NCBI GenBank assembly: GCA_048885925.1 | Contig: JBHLLG010000042.1 | Span: forward strand, 1-23,605 | DNA: 23,605 bases | Reading direction: 5' to 3' | Source of the DNA: Candidatus Hermodarchaeota archaeon | GTDB taxonomy: Archaea; Asgardarchaeota; Lokiarchaeia; Sigyniarchaeales; SOKP01 | Shown: positions 7,046 to 16,592 of the stretch, in pieces | Layout: every line of letters begins with the position of its first letter | Numbering within the stretch: the stretch's first letter is position 1 | Program-made: the position numbers and the translations under genes | Notes under the pieces: generated by a model | The model's database searches: none | Told to the model about the DNA's origin: nothing | What the model saw: only the letters and a program-made list of their open reading frames with translations

Positions 7046-9997
7046 CTATGGAATGAAGATATCAATGTGCTTTGTAGTTTTTCTAGCTATATCGAATTGA
7101 TCTCTATAATGTAATTCCAGTTTAATTTCATCAGCAGTTGGATCGAAAAGGTTTTTCTTAAGTTCTTTTTGTTTATCTACTTTAAGCACATAATTAAACA
7201 GAAAGTTTTTCCCCGGTTTTAATTCGTTGATTTGAAGAAATTTTGGAAAACTATCTTTTCGTTGAAAGCTAAGATAAGAGGGTATTTTCAGCGATATTTG
7301 TAAATCTTTAAAATCAAAATTAGAAGGATTAGTTAATTTAAAGTTAAGGTATATTTCATTTCCTATAGTTTTTATATTCTTAAAGAAAAGAATTTCTTTA
7401 GAATCTGTGATTTCAGATTCAATTTGTTGATAATAAAGTGTATCATTGAGGATTTTGGCATTTAACTTATTTTTATTTATAAACTTAAGAACTACATCTC
7501 TTAATTTGTCAATATCTAATTTGATGTAATTTCCAAGTAATTCTAATTTAATAGGATTAATAATTTTAAGATAATATTTGATCTGATTTAGATTTAATGA
7601 ATTATTTGCTTTTCTAACAAATGTTTTTAATCGATTTATTAATAATTCTTTTGAAGCATTAAATTTATTGAGATAAGGTCGAATATATAAGTTAAATATG
7701 TTGTTATCTTCAAAAATTTTTTCTTTTCCTAAAATTGCATCAATTTTATTTTCTGCTTCTTCAATATAATTTTGTATTTGAGTGGAACTCATCCCAATTA
7801 ATCTTTTTGCGTCCGAAAATTCATTCTTTTTGAATAAGAAATCTAATTTGGCATTTAACCTCTCAAAGTCATCGTTTAGTCTCTTCATTCCTTCAATTTT
7901 CTCTGTAATAATAGTTTGAAAGTGACCTTGAAGAAGTTGGTAATTTAGTTCAGTACTAATCCCATTAATTTCTATACTTTTCGAACTTTCTATAATCTCT
8001 CCTGGTTGAATTATGTATTCAATTAACTTATCTTTCATTAACTTAATATGCCGATCTAAATCACTCAAATATTCTTGAATTTCAATTTTAGTTTCAACCC
8101 ATTTCTGTAAAAGATCTTTAAGGATTTCATTAAATTCTACATTATCGATAAGTAATTCTCTGATTTCATTGTCGAGGTTAAACAATTTTTTCCTAATTTG
8201 GGTTACATAAGCAAGTTTCTCATCTCTAATATCATTTAATTCAATCGCAGATATTTCTTCGTCAATATTTATTTCAAGTTTATTTTCTTTTACAAATTCA
8301 AATTCTGCTTTTAAGATTTTAATACGATTAAGAATAACATTAATAGTTTCCTTTAAATTAGAAATAAATTCTGATTTTTTCTCTTCACATATCTCAGAAA
8401 TAAAGCTTTTAATAATACTTAATTCTTCAATAATTTGTACTCGGGTTTCTTCCCAATCTTCAATCAAATCAAAGGCTAATCTTTTATAATCGAATCTTTT
8501 AATAATATTATCAAATTTCTTAATTTTTTTAAGAATCTTGTTATATTTTGTATTTAATTGAATTTCTGTATCGTTGAATTTGAAATTTTCAATATATGAA
8601 TTTAATTTTTCTCTAAATTGAGCAGGAATTTTTTGAAATTCAACAATTCTTTTTTGAAATAGAGATAATTCATTATTTATTCTTTCAATCGCACTATCGA
8701 TCCCTGTGAAGTTAGTTTTTATATTTTTTAACGTATGAATAATTTCATTCTTAACCTCAGGATCTTTTTCAATACTTAAAGCTTTATTCAATTCAATTGT
8801 AATCCAAACTGCAATTTTTTTATTTTCTAAAATAAAGCATATATTTTGTATTAAGACAACATTTTTTTTTCGTTCTCGCCAGAAGCGTGATTCTAATTGA
8901 TACAAAATTTTAGTGATTTCATTTTCTATTTCAATCTGGAATTCTTCAAATAAACGTTTAAATACTAATGCAATACCTTCCCTAATATTTTCAGAGGGAT
9001 TTTCCAATTCTTCAAATAAATAAGGAAAAATTTCAGTAATATGTTTACGGCAAAGATGAAATATTGCATTTATTAATGAATTTCTATAATTCAAATCACT
9101 TGCTTCTAACATAGAATGTAAAAGATTCGCCCAAATTTGATCAAAGTTATTTTCTGCGATACTAACAAGAGCCTCAATAACTTTTAATTGAATACGATAA
9201 TCTGTTTCTTTTAATAAATTAATCAATTTCGGAATTATAGAGATTATTTCTGATGATTTTTCCTTGCCAATTTCTCCAAATAACCAGATAATAAGCTCTT
9301 TAACTCTATTTTTTTCATTATAGAGAAGATTCAAAAGAATATATAGGATATTTTCTTTTGTTAGAAAATAGGTTCCATGGATTTTTAATAGTTCCGCAGC
9401 TGCTCTAGCGACATCATCATCTTCATCTCTAAGATTAATTATAACCATTGATAATAGAGGCTCTAATTCTCGAATTTTTGTATAATCCTGATTTAATATT
9501 TTCTGGATAGTCTTTATTACATTTAATTTTACTTTCCAATCATTATCCATTAGTTTTTCTGTATATTCTTCAATAATTTCCTGTAATTGATCAATATCTA
9601 GATGTAAAGATAGAATGAGATTTCCAATAATTTTTACTGTTAATCTCCTTACAGAGGGATCCTGATCGTATAAACGAGCCCGAATTTTATTTAATAATTC
9701 AATTAATAAATTTGGTCTAAATAAACTTATTTGGTATGAAATTTCTAACGATACTAATCTGATCCAAGAATCAGAATCATTGATAAACTGATTGATATTC
9801 TTTATTGCTCTCAATGATATTGTGGGAGATTTATCACAGATTAAATTTAATAAACTAAGACTTCGATAAATAAGCTCCTTATAAGAATGATTTTCGTAAT
9901 CTTCGATTAAGCTAAATATCTCTTCTGCGGCTTTTTCATTATGACCTTTTAGAATTAAGATCTCTATTTTTTCAGTATCTAAGCTTATTATTGTCAA
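7046..9997 (-). CDS. HEAT-repeat protein with coiled-coil, PCI-like winged helix and C-terminal Ig-like appendage (adaptin/coatomer-like architecture)
   Basis: HEAT units (DSDSWIRLVS, DQDPSVRRLTV, DNDWKVKLNV, DEDDDVARAAA, ETDYRIQLKV); long helical middle; IKLELLGNYIKLDIDKLRDVVLKFINKNKLNAKI (PCI-like); beta-rich end with LTNPS...LKIPSYL...LKPG...LELHY. Start moved from GTG 10159 to TTG 9997 (uncertain). Confidence 0.75.
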   Translation of the reverse strand: MTIISLDTEKIEILILKGHNEKAAEEIFSLIEDYENHSYKELIYRSLSLLNLICDKSPTISLRAIKNINQFINDSDSWIRLVSLEISYQISLFRPNLLIELLNKIRARLYDQDPSVRRLTVKIIGNLILSLHLDIDQLQEIIEEYTEKLMDNDWKVKLNVIKTIQKILNQDYTKIRELEPLLSMVIINLRDEDDDVARAAAELLKIHGTYFLTKENILYILLNLLYNEKNRVKELIIWLFGEIGKEKSSEIISIIPKLINLLKETDYRIQLKVIEALVSIAENNFDQIWANLLHSMLEASDLNYRNSLINAIFHLCRKHITEIFPYLFEELENPSENIREGIALVFKRLFEEFQIEIENEITKILYQLESRFWRERKKNVVLIQNICFILENKKIAVWITIELNKALSIEKDPEVKNEIIHTLKNIKTNFTGIDSAIERINNELSLFQKRIVEFQKIPAQFREKLNSYIENFKFNDTEIQLNTKYNKILKKIKKFDNIIKRFDYKRLAFDLIEDWEETRVQIIEELSIIKSFISEICEEKKSEFISNLKETINVILNRIKILKAEFEFVKENKLEINIDEEISAIELNDIRDEKLAYVTQIRKKLFNLDNEIRELLIDNVEFNEILKDLLQKWVETKIEIQEYLSDLDRHIKLMKDKLIEYIIQPGEIIESSKSIEINGISTELNYQLLQGHFQTIITEKIEGMKRLNDDFERLNAKLDFLFKKNEFSDAKRLIGMSSTQIQNYIEEAENKIDAILGKEKIFEDNNIFNLYIRPYLNKFNASKELLINRLKTFVRKANNSLNLNQIKYYLKIINPIKLELLGNYIKLDIDKLRDVVLKFINKNKLNAKILNDTLYYQQIESEITDSKEILFFKNIKTIGNEIYLNFKLTNPSNFDFKDLQISLKIPSYLSFQRKDSFPKFLQINELKPGKNFLFNYVLKVDKQKELKKNLFDPTADEIKLELHYRDQFDIARKTTKHIDIFIP

Positions 9998-10155
9998 TGT
10001 AGTAGGGAGATATGTAATTTTAAAAAATAATCCTTCAATAATTTGTTCTGTTAAACTAATATAAATATGTTTTAATATAATTATGGCAAATAAAAAATAC
10101 TGAAAAAAATAAAGAAAATTAGTAGATTTAAGAAATGGTGATATAAATTTATAAT

Positions 10156-10704
10156 TCACTCAAAAAGTTCAATAATTGCTGTACCTGGAGTAGCTACTCG
10201 TTCGCGATAAGTTAAGATCCCTTCAGATACTTCTTTTTTTTTTACTAAACCTCTCTCAACATCTTTTTCAGAAATATAACCTCTTTCACCAGCTTCAAAC
10301 TGCTTTTTGATAGCTCCATTTGTATCTTTAATATCAACATTAGTTATTGTCGTTTGCTTTACATCTAAATATACTCTTTTGCCTTCAATTTTATTAATTG
10401 TTGCTTCTGTAATCAAAAGGTCCCCGCATCTCACCATTCCTCTCATTTCAACTTCAAGTTCAATTATTTTTCCATATGTTCCATATTCAAGAAATTCATC
10501 CAATAGTTTAGTTATAAATCCTAACGAAAATAACCCATGTGCAATTACTCCTTTAAGACCCGCTTTAATTGCAACCTCATCATTTGTATGAATAGGATTA
10601 GTATCACCAGAGGCTTTTGCATATTCTCGCAATAATTCTCTTGTAATCCCATCAAATTCACTCTTTAAAAATTGTCCTATCTTCAATTCTGAGATTTTAA
10701 CCAT
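10156..10704 (-). CDS. MaoC-family (R)-specific enoyl-CoA hydratase/dehydratase, catalytic subunit
   Basis: Hydratase-2 motif YAKASGDTNPIH...VIAHGLF. Confidence 0.9.
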   Translation of the reverse strand: MVKISELKIGQFLKSEFDGITRELLREYAKASGDTNPIHTNDEVAIKAGLKGVIAHGLFSLGFITKLLDEFLEYGTYGKIIELEVEMRGMVRCGDLLITEATINKIEGKRVYLDVKQTTITNVDIKDTNGAIKKQFEAGERGYISEKDVERGLVKKKEVSEGILTYRERVATPGTAIIELFE

Positions 10705-10707
10705 TTT

Positions 10708-11214
10708 TTAATAACCTCCTGGTCTTATTCCTGCTGTTACTACAACATTACATACAAGTTCATTATTTTGATTTTTGATCGTAGTTAGGAATTCAGCAAA
10801 TAACATCATATTTTCCTCCACTAACCATACTTTCCCGCATTTTGCAGTAATTGTTAACTTATCTTTTGGTTTAACTTCTACACAACCTTCCCAATTATAT
10901 TTATTTCCTGCATGAAGTATCATTCTAGGGTTTTTTACAAGAAGACGTTCTTCTCCATCTTGAATTAGTTTCATTCCAGGTACCAATGTATAAAGTCCCT
11001 TTATTGTATAAGTATTAGCAAAAGCATGGCATGCGATAACTCCTTCTTCTTCCGGTCCAACATATTTTGGATCAGTAAAGCCAAAAATTTTCGCAAAATC
11101 AATTAATTTCCTATAACGAATATTAAGACTAGTACTACCTGGTACTTCTTTTCCAGGAAGATTTTTTATTAGGAATTCTGCGTTTTTTTTCATTTCATTC
11201 TTATCCATTTTCAT
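10708..11214 (-). CDS. MaoC/FAS1-like hot-dog fold protein (non-catalytic partner)
   Basis: FAKIFGFTDPKY and ILHAGNKYNW patterns; 3 bp from the MaoC gene; lacks the D-x-N-P-x-H motif. Confidence 0.75.
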   Translation of the reverse strand: MKMDKNEMKKNAEFLIKNLPGKEVPGSTSLNIRYRKLIDFAKIFGFTDPKYVGPEEEGVIACHAFANTYTIKGLYTLVPGMKLIQDGEERLLVKNPRMILHAGNKYNWEGCVEVKPKDKLTITAKCGKVWLVEENMMLFAEFLTTIKNQNNELVCNVVVTAGIRPGGY

Positions 11215-11299
11215 TTCACAATTAAAATTGACTAATTTGAATTTAAAAATTACATTAATTATTATTTAGGTTCAATTTAATTAAAACTTTAATCAATAA

Positions 11300-12028
11300 T
11301 TAAATGGAAGTGAGTTTTGTAAAATTTTTTTCTCTAATATTATTAGATGTAAAGTATTTAAAAATATCAGAGCTTGGAGATACACCGTTTAATATTATAC
11401 ATGGAATTTTATAACAATCTATAAGAGTTAATAGATATGGATCAATCGGTTTCGTCTTAATTTTTAATTCTAAGTCTGTTGAATCAATTTCTTTTAGTTT
11501 TCCCTCAAGTTTAAACTGTTTAAAATCTTTAGTAGTAATTTTCTTTATAATATTTTGATTAGAATCATAAATGCCTTGAATATCTTTAATTAAAAAACAT
11601 TCATTCATACCTAATGTTTTAGCGAGATAGAAGGTGATTGAATCTGAGGTAACGTCCCAAGAATGGGGTAATTCATCCTTCTCTTTTAGATAGTTATAAG
11701 GTAGAAATATAGAGATAAGTCTATTCTCTTTTTCAAGGTTTTTTAGGTCATTATTAATCTTTAAATGAGGAAATTTTCTTTTTAATTCTTTTCCATTATA
11801 ATCCATTGCATAAATAGCCATCCAATGCGTAATATCATCATTGAAATGGAATTTTTTATATAAATGTCTTATGAAGTCTACTAATAATCCACCACCGGGA
11901 ACTAAAATAATTTTTTTAATAATTTCATCTTCAAATAATTGAGTAAGTTGGGCTATTGTATTTATTAGATTTTTACTATTATCTAAAATTGTTCCCCCTA
12001 TCTTAAATATCGCTGAGGTCATTGCCAT
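11300..12028 (-). CDS. mfnE: Amino-acid-kinase family protein, likely 5-(aminomethyl)-3-furanmethanol phosphate kinase (methanofuran biosynthesis)
   Basis: KIGG, VPGGG, HWMAIYAMD, LPHSWDVTSDSI, KDIQGI; overlaps mfnF. Confidence 0.8.
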   Translation of the reverse strand: MAMTSAIFKIGGTILDNSKNLINTIAQLTQLFEDEIIKKIILVPGGGLLVDFIRHLYKKFHFNDDITHWMAIYAMDYNGKELKRKFPHLKINNDLKNLEKENRLISIFLPYNYLKEKDELPHSWDVTSDSITFYLAKTLGMNECFLIKDIQGIYDSNQNIIKKITTKDFKQFKLEGKLKEIDSTDLELKIKTKPIDPYLLTLIDCYKIPCIILNGVSPSSDIFKYFTSNNIREKNFTKLTSI

Positions 12029-13112
12029 TTTTTAAAACACCCTTCATTTGAAATGAAAAAGCTCCTGCTACAGCAAAAGCAGAAGAACTTATTTTGTCTG
12101 GTATTTTCGTTATTTTTTCATAAGAAGAAATATTAGAATAACCTAATTTTTCTAAAGATTTTTTTATTAAAAATTCAGCTGCTAAACCAGTTATTACAAA
12201 TTCTGGATTTTTTTGAAATAGAGGAATTCTAATGAATAAATTATTCATGAATTCTTTTATTTCGGTAATAATAATATTTAATTGTGATTCATAAATATAC
12301 TCAGCAATTTTGATAAGCTCTTCTCTTGAGATTGTTTCTAAATCCATACAGAGTATCCGTGAAATTCGAGCATAGCAATCGTCTAAAGATTTAGAGCGAT
12401 TGTCTGCTGTATCATTAATATATTCCTTTTCGGTAATATTATTCAAAATTCTATGAACATCTGAAATTAAAGCAAACTTTTCAAAAGAAATTCGAACCAT
12501 TTTTCCTTTATATGGAACAAAATGGGTAATTGAAGGAATGGTTGCTCTCAATCCTCCAGTGTAAATTAATTCATGATTTATTAGTCTTTGAATATCTGAT
12601 TTTCCTTTTGAAACAGGAATAGAATCTAGAATCGGGATTATATCTATTGTTGTAGAACCTGCATCTATTAAAATGCATTTTTGGAGATAATTTCCTAAAA
12701 ATAATGCTGTAGAAACCCAATTCGCAGCAGAAATTAGTAGATAGTCACGTTTAGCTTCGTTAAATTTTATAAATTCATTATTAATACTGATAAAATACAT
12801 TTTTTCTTTATTGAATACTTTTTTTAGAGCATCTAGAATTTTGTTAATACCTTCCCTTTTTGTCTGGAATGCGTCTGAAAGTTCAGCTGTAATAGCAATT
12901 GCAATATAGTCTATATCAATTAATTCTAAGTCATTCTTGTTTATAATATTTGAAATTATTCGTTTAAACAACAAGGGGATGTTATTAATTGATTGCTCCC
13001 AAAAAGGAAAGTATTCAATGTAAGAATAACATTTTTGTATTTGTCCATCAATAAATTCTATAATTGCTGCTTTTGTATTTGCTCCTCCAATGTCTAAACC
13101 TAGAATTATCAT
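12003..13112 (-). CDS. mfnF: Hydantoinase/oxoprolinase-family H4MPT-linked C1 pathway protein (MfnF-like)
   Basis: GLDIGGANTK, TAELSDAFQTKREG, AANW, DAGSTTIDIIPI, ELIYTG, FALISD, TAD, ARISRILCMD. Confidence 0.85.
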   Translation of the reverse strand: MIILGLDIGGANTKAAIIEFIDGQIQKCYSYIEYFPFWEQSINNIPLLFKRIISNIINKNDLELIDIDYIAIAITAELSDAFQTKREGINKILDALKKVFNKEKMYFISINNEFIKFNEAKRDYLLISAANWVSTALFLGNYLQKCILIDAGSTTIDIIPILDSIPVSKGKSDIQRLINHELIYTGGLRATIPSITHFVPYKGKMVRISFEKFALISDVHRILNNITEKEYINDTADNRSKSLDDCYARISRILCMDLETISREELIKIAEYIYESQLNIIITEIKEFMNNLFIRIPLFQKNPEFVITGLAAEFLIKKSLEKLGYSNISSYEKITKIPDKISSSAFAVAGAFSFQMKGVLKNGNDLSDI

Positions 13113-13582
13113 TTCTTATTCTTTTTCTTTCTTCTAATTTTTTCCAATAATTCCACAAAAAATCCAAACTCTTTTTCAGTATCCATATAAGTAACTCTTG
13201 TGTTATAAGTTTCTCCAGCTTGTAAAATCCTGATTCCCCTTTTTTCAAATTCTTTAATATATGAATCTGTATTTTCGATATAAAAAGCCATATGATGAAG
13301 ACCTTCTTTTCCTTGATCTAAAAATTCTTTGAATAAACACTCTCCACTAATCCATTTAATCAATTCAATTTGTGTACCCATCAAACGACTAAAGGCTAAT
13401 TGACGGGTAATTAGTGTTGTATTTCCCCGATATTGAATGGTACTGGTTCTTGGATTGCTAAATATAAATTTAGAAAATCCTAAAACATTTTCCATTACCT
13501 TTGCTTGAGTGAGTATATCTTTATAGACATATCCCAGTTGATCAATCTTTAACTTTCCAAAATCAATTTTAAAATCATCCAT
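13109..13582 (-). CDS. VOC family protein (methylmalonyl-CoA epimerase/glyoxalase-like)
   Basis: IDQLGYV, QIELI, EFLDQGKEGLHHMAF, YMDT, VELLE; ATGA overlap with mfnF. Confidence 0.85.
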   Translation of the reverse strand: MDDFKIDFGKLKIDQLGYVYKDILTQAKVMENVLGFSKFIFSNPRTSTIQYRGNTTLITRQLAFSRLMGTQIELIKWISGECLFKEFLDQGKEGLHHMAFYIENTDSYIKEFEKRGIRILQAGETYNTRVTYMDTEKEFGFFVELLEKIRRKKKNKK

Positions 13583-13660
13583 AATTGCTTGCTTATTTTT
13601 TTATTAAAATTATTATTTTATAAAATTGAGAAATAATACTAGATGAATTGAATTATATTA

Positions 13661-14695
13661 TTAATTACTATATCTTTTTTTTAATTCGATGATGATTAGA
13701 TCTAGATTTTCTCCTTTAAGCGCGTTGGTCAAGAAGAATTCATTTTCCCTAAGATTTAATTTATTTATCAAATATTCAATTTCTGAGTTTTTAGCTAAAT
13801 CCATTTTATTAATTACAATGATAAGTTCTATTTCTCTCTCTTTAGAAAATTTTTGTTTTATTTCATAATATAATTCAATTTGGGAGTCAATATTATATCC
13901 TGAAGTAAGTGTTGGATCAAATACAAAAATAATTAAATCAGATATTAATCTTAAAGCCAATATTGCTTGTAATTCAATCTGGTTCCTTTTAGCCATAGGT
14001 CGGTCTAAAATTCCTGGAGTGTCTAATATTTGTATTTTAATTTTATCAAATCTTCTTTCAATCTCTAAATGTCCCATATTCAATTTTTTTGTTGTAAATG
14101 GATACTCTTTAATTTCAATTTTCTTGTTTGTAGAAATGTTTTTTACAATACTACTTTTCCCCACATTTGGGTATCCCGCAACAACCACGCATGGTATTAC
14201 ATAGTCAATTGAAGGAATTTCTCTCAAACGTCCTCTAATCTCATTTAAATATTGAAGGGTATCATTTTGCTTATTGATAATTGAGGATATCCGACCAAAT
14301 GCAGCTCTTCGTAATTTATCTCCCTCCTTTGGAATTTCAATTCTTTTTAATTTATGGAGATATTCTCTTTGAAGTTGACTTAGGATAGGCAAAATACCAT
14401 TTAACTTCCCCAATGATAATTTCAATTCATTAATATTAACTAAAATAGACGCTAATTCTCTGTAAAAATCAGGAAGATCATCTATAATCGGAACCATTTT
14501 TATAATACTAAGAATTCTATTTACGAGTTCTTCAATAGCTACTTTAATTCGTTTCGATTCTTTTTTCTTTGCCTTAATAAGGATAGGAGCATTTTTTGAA
14601 ACTTGAGTAGAACTCTTCATACTCTTTTTAAAGGCAATATCTAATAATTCTTTTGAATTTGGAACGTGATAAAATTCATTAAAAGGATTTTTCAT
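13661..14695 (-). CDS. nog1: NOG1-family GTPase (ribosome biogenesis)
   Basis: G1 GYPNVGKS, G2 YPFTT, G3 DTPG, G4 NKMD; N-terminal helical domain with LPDFYREL and AFGRISS. Confidence 0.92.
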   Translation of the reverse strand: MKNPFNEFYHVPNSKELLDIAFKKSMKSSTQVSKNAPILIKAKKKESKRIKVAIEELVNRILSIIKMVPIIDDLPDFYRELASILVNINELKLSLGKLNGILPILSQLQREYLHKLKRIEIPKEGDKLRRAAFGRISSIINKQNDTLQYLNEIRGRLREIPSIDYVIPCVVVAGYPNVGKSSIVKNISTNKKIEIKEYPFTTKKLNMGHLEIERRFDKIKIQILDTPGILDRPMAKRNQIELQAILALRLISDLIIFVFDPTLTSGYNIDSQIELYYEIKQKFSKEREIELIIVINKMDLAKNSEIEYLINKLNLRENEFFLTNALKGENLDLIIIELKKRYSN

Positions 14696-14737
14696 AAAAA
14701 TTCAATAAAGACTTAATTTTACAATTAAAGAATACTA

Positions 14738-15268
14738 TTACAATTTTTTTCTAATGTTTTCTAATTTTTGTTCTATTTCATAAATTTCCTTTGAGAAATT
14801 GATTATATCTTTCGGGATTGATTTATATATTTCCAAAAGAACTTCATATCTTCCTTCAGCTCTTTGTAACTTTCCTATTTTCTCTTCTTTTTCTGCTTTT
14901 TCTATTATTAAATTGATCTTTTCAAGCTTTTTTTTCATTTCTGGAGTTAGAGTTTTCTGTTCTATTAACTTATTATTAATATATTGTTGCTTTTCTTCTA
15001 AGATTTTATCAACGTGTTTTTGAAAATCTTCCTCACCTTTAGTTTTTACAAATGTATCTTGCTTCTCAAATTTGACTAGATTTTTTAATTGAGCTATACG
15101 TTTAGTTATCATCCCAATTTTTCCTTGATATCCTAATTTTGAATAAATATCTTTTGCTTCTTCCAACTTTGAAATCGCTAAAATGAAATTTTTCTGGTTA
15201 AATCCTTCTTTTGATTGTTTTTCTAGGTTTTCTGCTTCTTTTTCTAATTCATCAAAAGGACCTGGCAT
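14738..15268 (-). CDS. Helical protein with two MIT/TPR-like three-helix units
   Basis: Likely start ATG 15268 (MPGPFDEL) with upstream GTGAT; two similar units (..NFILAISKLEEAKDIY..RIAQLK and ..KLQRAEGRYEVLLEIY..KLENIR). Confidence 0.65.
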   Translation of the reverse strand: MPGPFDELEKEAENLEKQSKEGFNQKNFILAISKLEEAKDIYSKLGYQGKIGMITKRIAQLKNLVKFEKQDTFVKTKGEEDFQKHVDKILEEKQQYINNKLIEQKTLTPEMKKKLEKINLIIEKAEKEEKIGKLQRAEGRYEVLLEIYKSIPKDIINFSKEIYEIEQKLENIRKKL

Positions 15269-15452
15269 AATAATTATCACATAATCTAAATAATATATGA
15301 GAATATATTCTATCAAATTAGTTCACGGTTTCTATATACTTAAAGATTTTAAAAAATAAAAATTTAACAATATTAGATTTTAAAGGTTAAAATTAAATAG
15401 GAATTGATAATATTGTAAGAATTAAATACTATTAATTATTAGAGGTTTATTA

Positions 15453-16541
15453 ATGAGAAAGTTTAGGGTTGGGATCCTTGGTGGTACAGGGATTGTCGGA
15501 CAAAATTATATTAAACTATTACAAGGGCATCCTTGGTTTGAAATTATAGATATAGCAGCATCTCCTATATCTGCTGGGAAAAGTTATGAAGAAGCTGTTA
15601 ATAAAAAATGGCAGATGGCAATTTCAATTCCTGAGGAGATTAAAAATTTAAGAGTAAGAGATGTTCAAGATTTCACTAAAATCCCAGATGAACTTGACTT
15701 ACTTTTTTCTGCTGTTAATATGCCAACAAAAGAACAAATAAAGATGGTGGAATTTGAATATGCAAAAAAAGGATTTCCAGTAATAAGTAATAATTCTGCT
15801 CATCGTTGGACTCCAGATGTACCTATGATTATAGGGGAAATTAATCATGAACATTTAAATATTATCCCAATTCAACAAAAAAGTCATGGTTTTGATAAAG
15901 GTTTCGTAATTGTTAAACCGAATTGCTCACTTCAAAGTTTTTTAACTCCAATTTATGCTTTAGAACAAATAGGTTATAAAGTTGATAAATTAATCATAAC
16001 TACGTTACAAGCGGTTTCTGGAGCAGGATATCCTGGTGTTGCTTCTTTGGATATTATTGATAATATTGTTCCTTATATTGAGGGCGAAGAAGAAAAGACG
16101 GAAAAAGAATCTTTGAAGATATTAGGAAAAATTGGAGAGTATGGAATTTTAAATGATGATACAATGAAAATAAGCGCTACATGTACGAGAATTCCTGTAA
16201 ATGATGGTCATACGGCATCAGTAAATATAAAATTTAAAAATAAAATACCCCAAAAAGAGGAAATAATTGGAATTTGGAAGGATTTTAAATCTTTACCACA
16301 AGAATTAGACTTGCCTTTTGCTCCGAAACAACCGATCATTTATTTGCGTGATTCAGATAGACCCCAACCAAAGAAAGATAAAGATAATGATAAAGGAATG
16401 GCAGTAACAGTTGGTAGACTTCGAGAAGATAACGTTTTTGACTATAAATTTGTCTCTTTGAGTCATAACACTATAAGAGGTGCCGCAGGAGGTGCAATTT
16501 TGATTGCAGAATTATTAATCGCTAAAGGATTTATAGAATAA
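15453..16541 (+). CDS. asd: Aspartate-semialdehyde dehydrogenase
   Basis: GGTGIVGQ, catalytic PNCS, TTLQAVSGAG, SHNTIRGAAGGAILIAE; GAGGT SD upstream. Confidence 0.96.
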   Translation: MRKFRVGILGGTGIVGQNYIKLLQGHPWFEIIDIAASPISAGKSYEEAVNKKWQMAISIPEEIKNLRVRDVQDFTKIPDELDLLFSAVNMPTKEQIKMVEFEYAKKGFPVISNNSAHRWTPDVPMIIGEINHEHLNIIPIQQKSHGFDKGFVIVKPNCSLQSFLTPIYALEQIGYKVDKLIITTLQAVSGAGYPGVASLDIIDNIVPYIEGEEEKTEKESLKILGKIGEYGILNDDTMKISATCTRIPVNDGHTASVNIKFKNKIPQKEEIIGIWKDFKSLPQELDLPFAPKQPIIYLRDSDRPQPKKDKDNDKGMAVTVGRLREDNVFDYKFVSLSHNTIRGAAGGAILIAELLIAKGFIE

Positions 16542-16592
16542 GTGAAAATTTTTTATTTATGGGCTTTCTTGGTTTAATCATTATAAATATAA

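Noticed and set aside
9998-10159. Hydrophobic N-terminal extension (apparent TM) of the HEAT protein
   Set aside because: Looks like translated AT-rich intergenic DNA with T-runs after maoC; a later TTG start is more plausible but not proven
15269-15316. N-terminal 16 aa of the track ORF 14738..15316
   Set aside because: ATG at 15268 has an SD-like GTGAT upstream; the extension reads like promoter DNA
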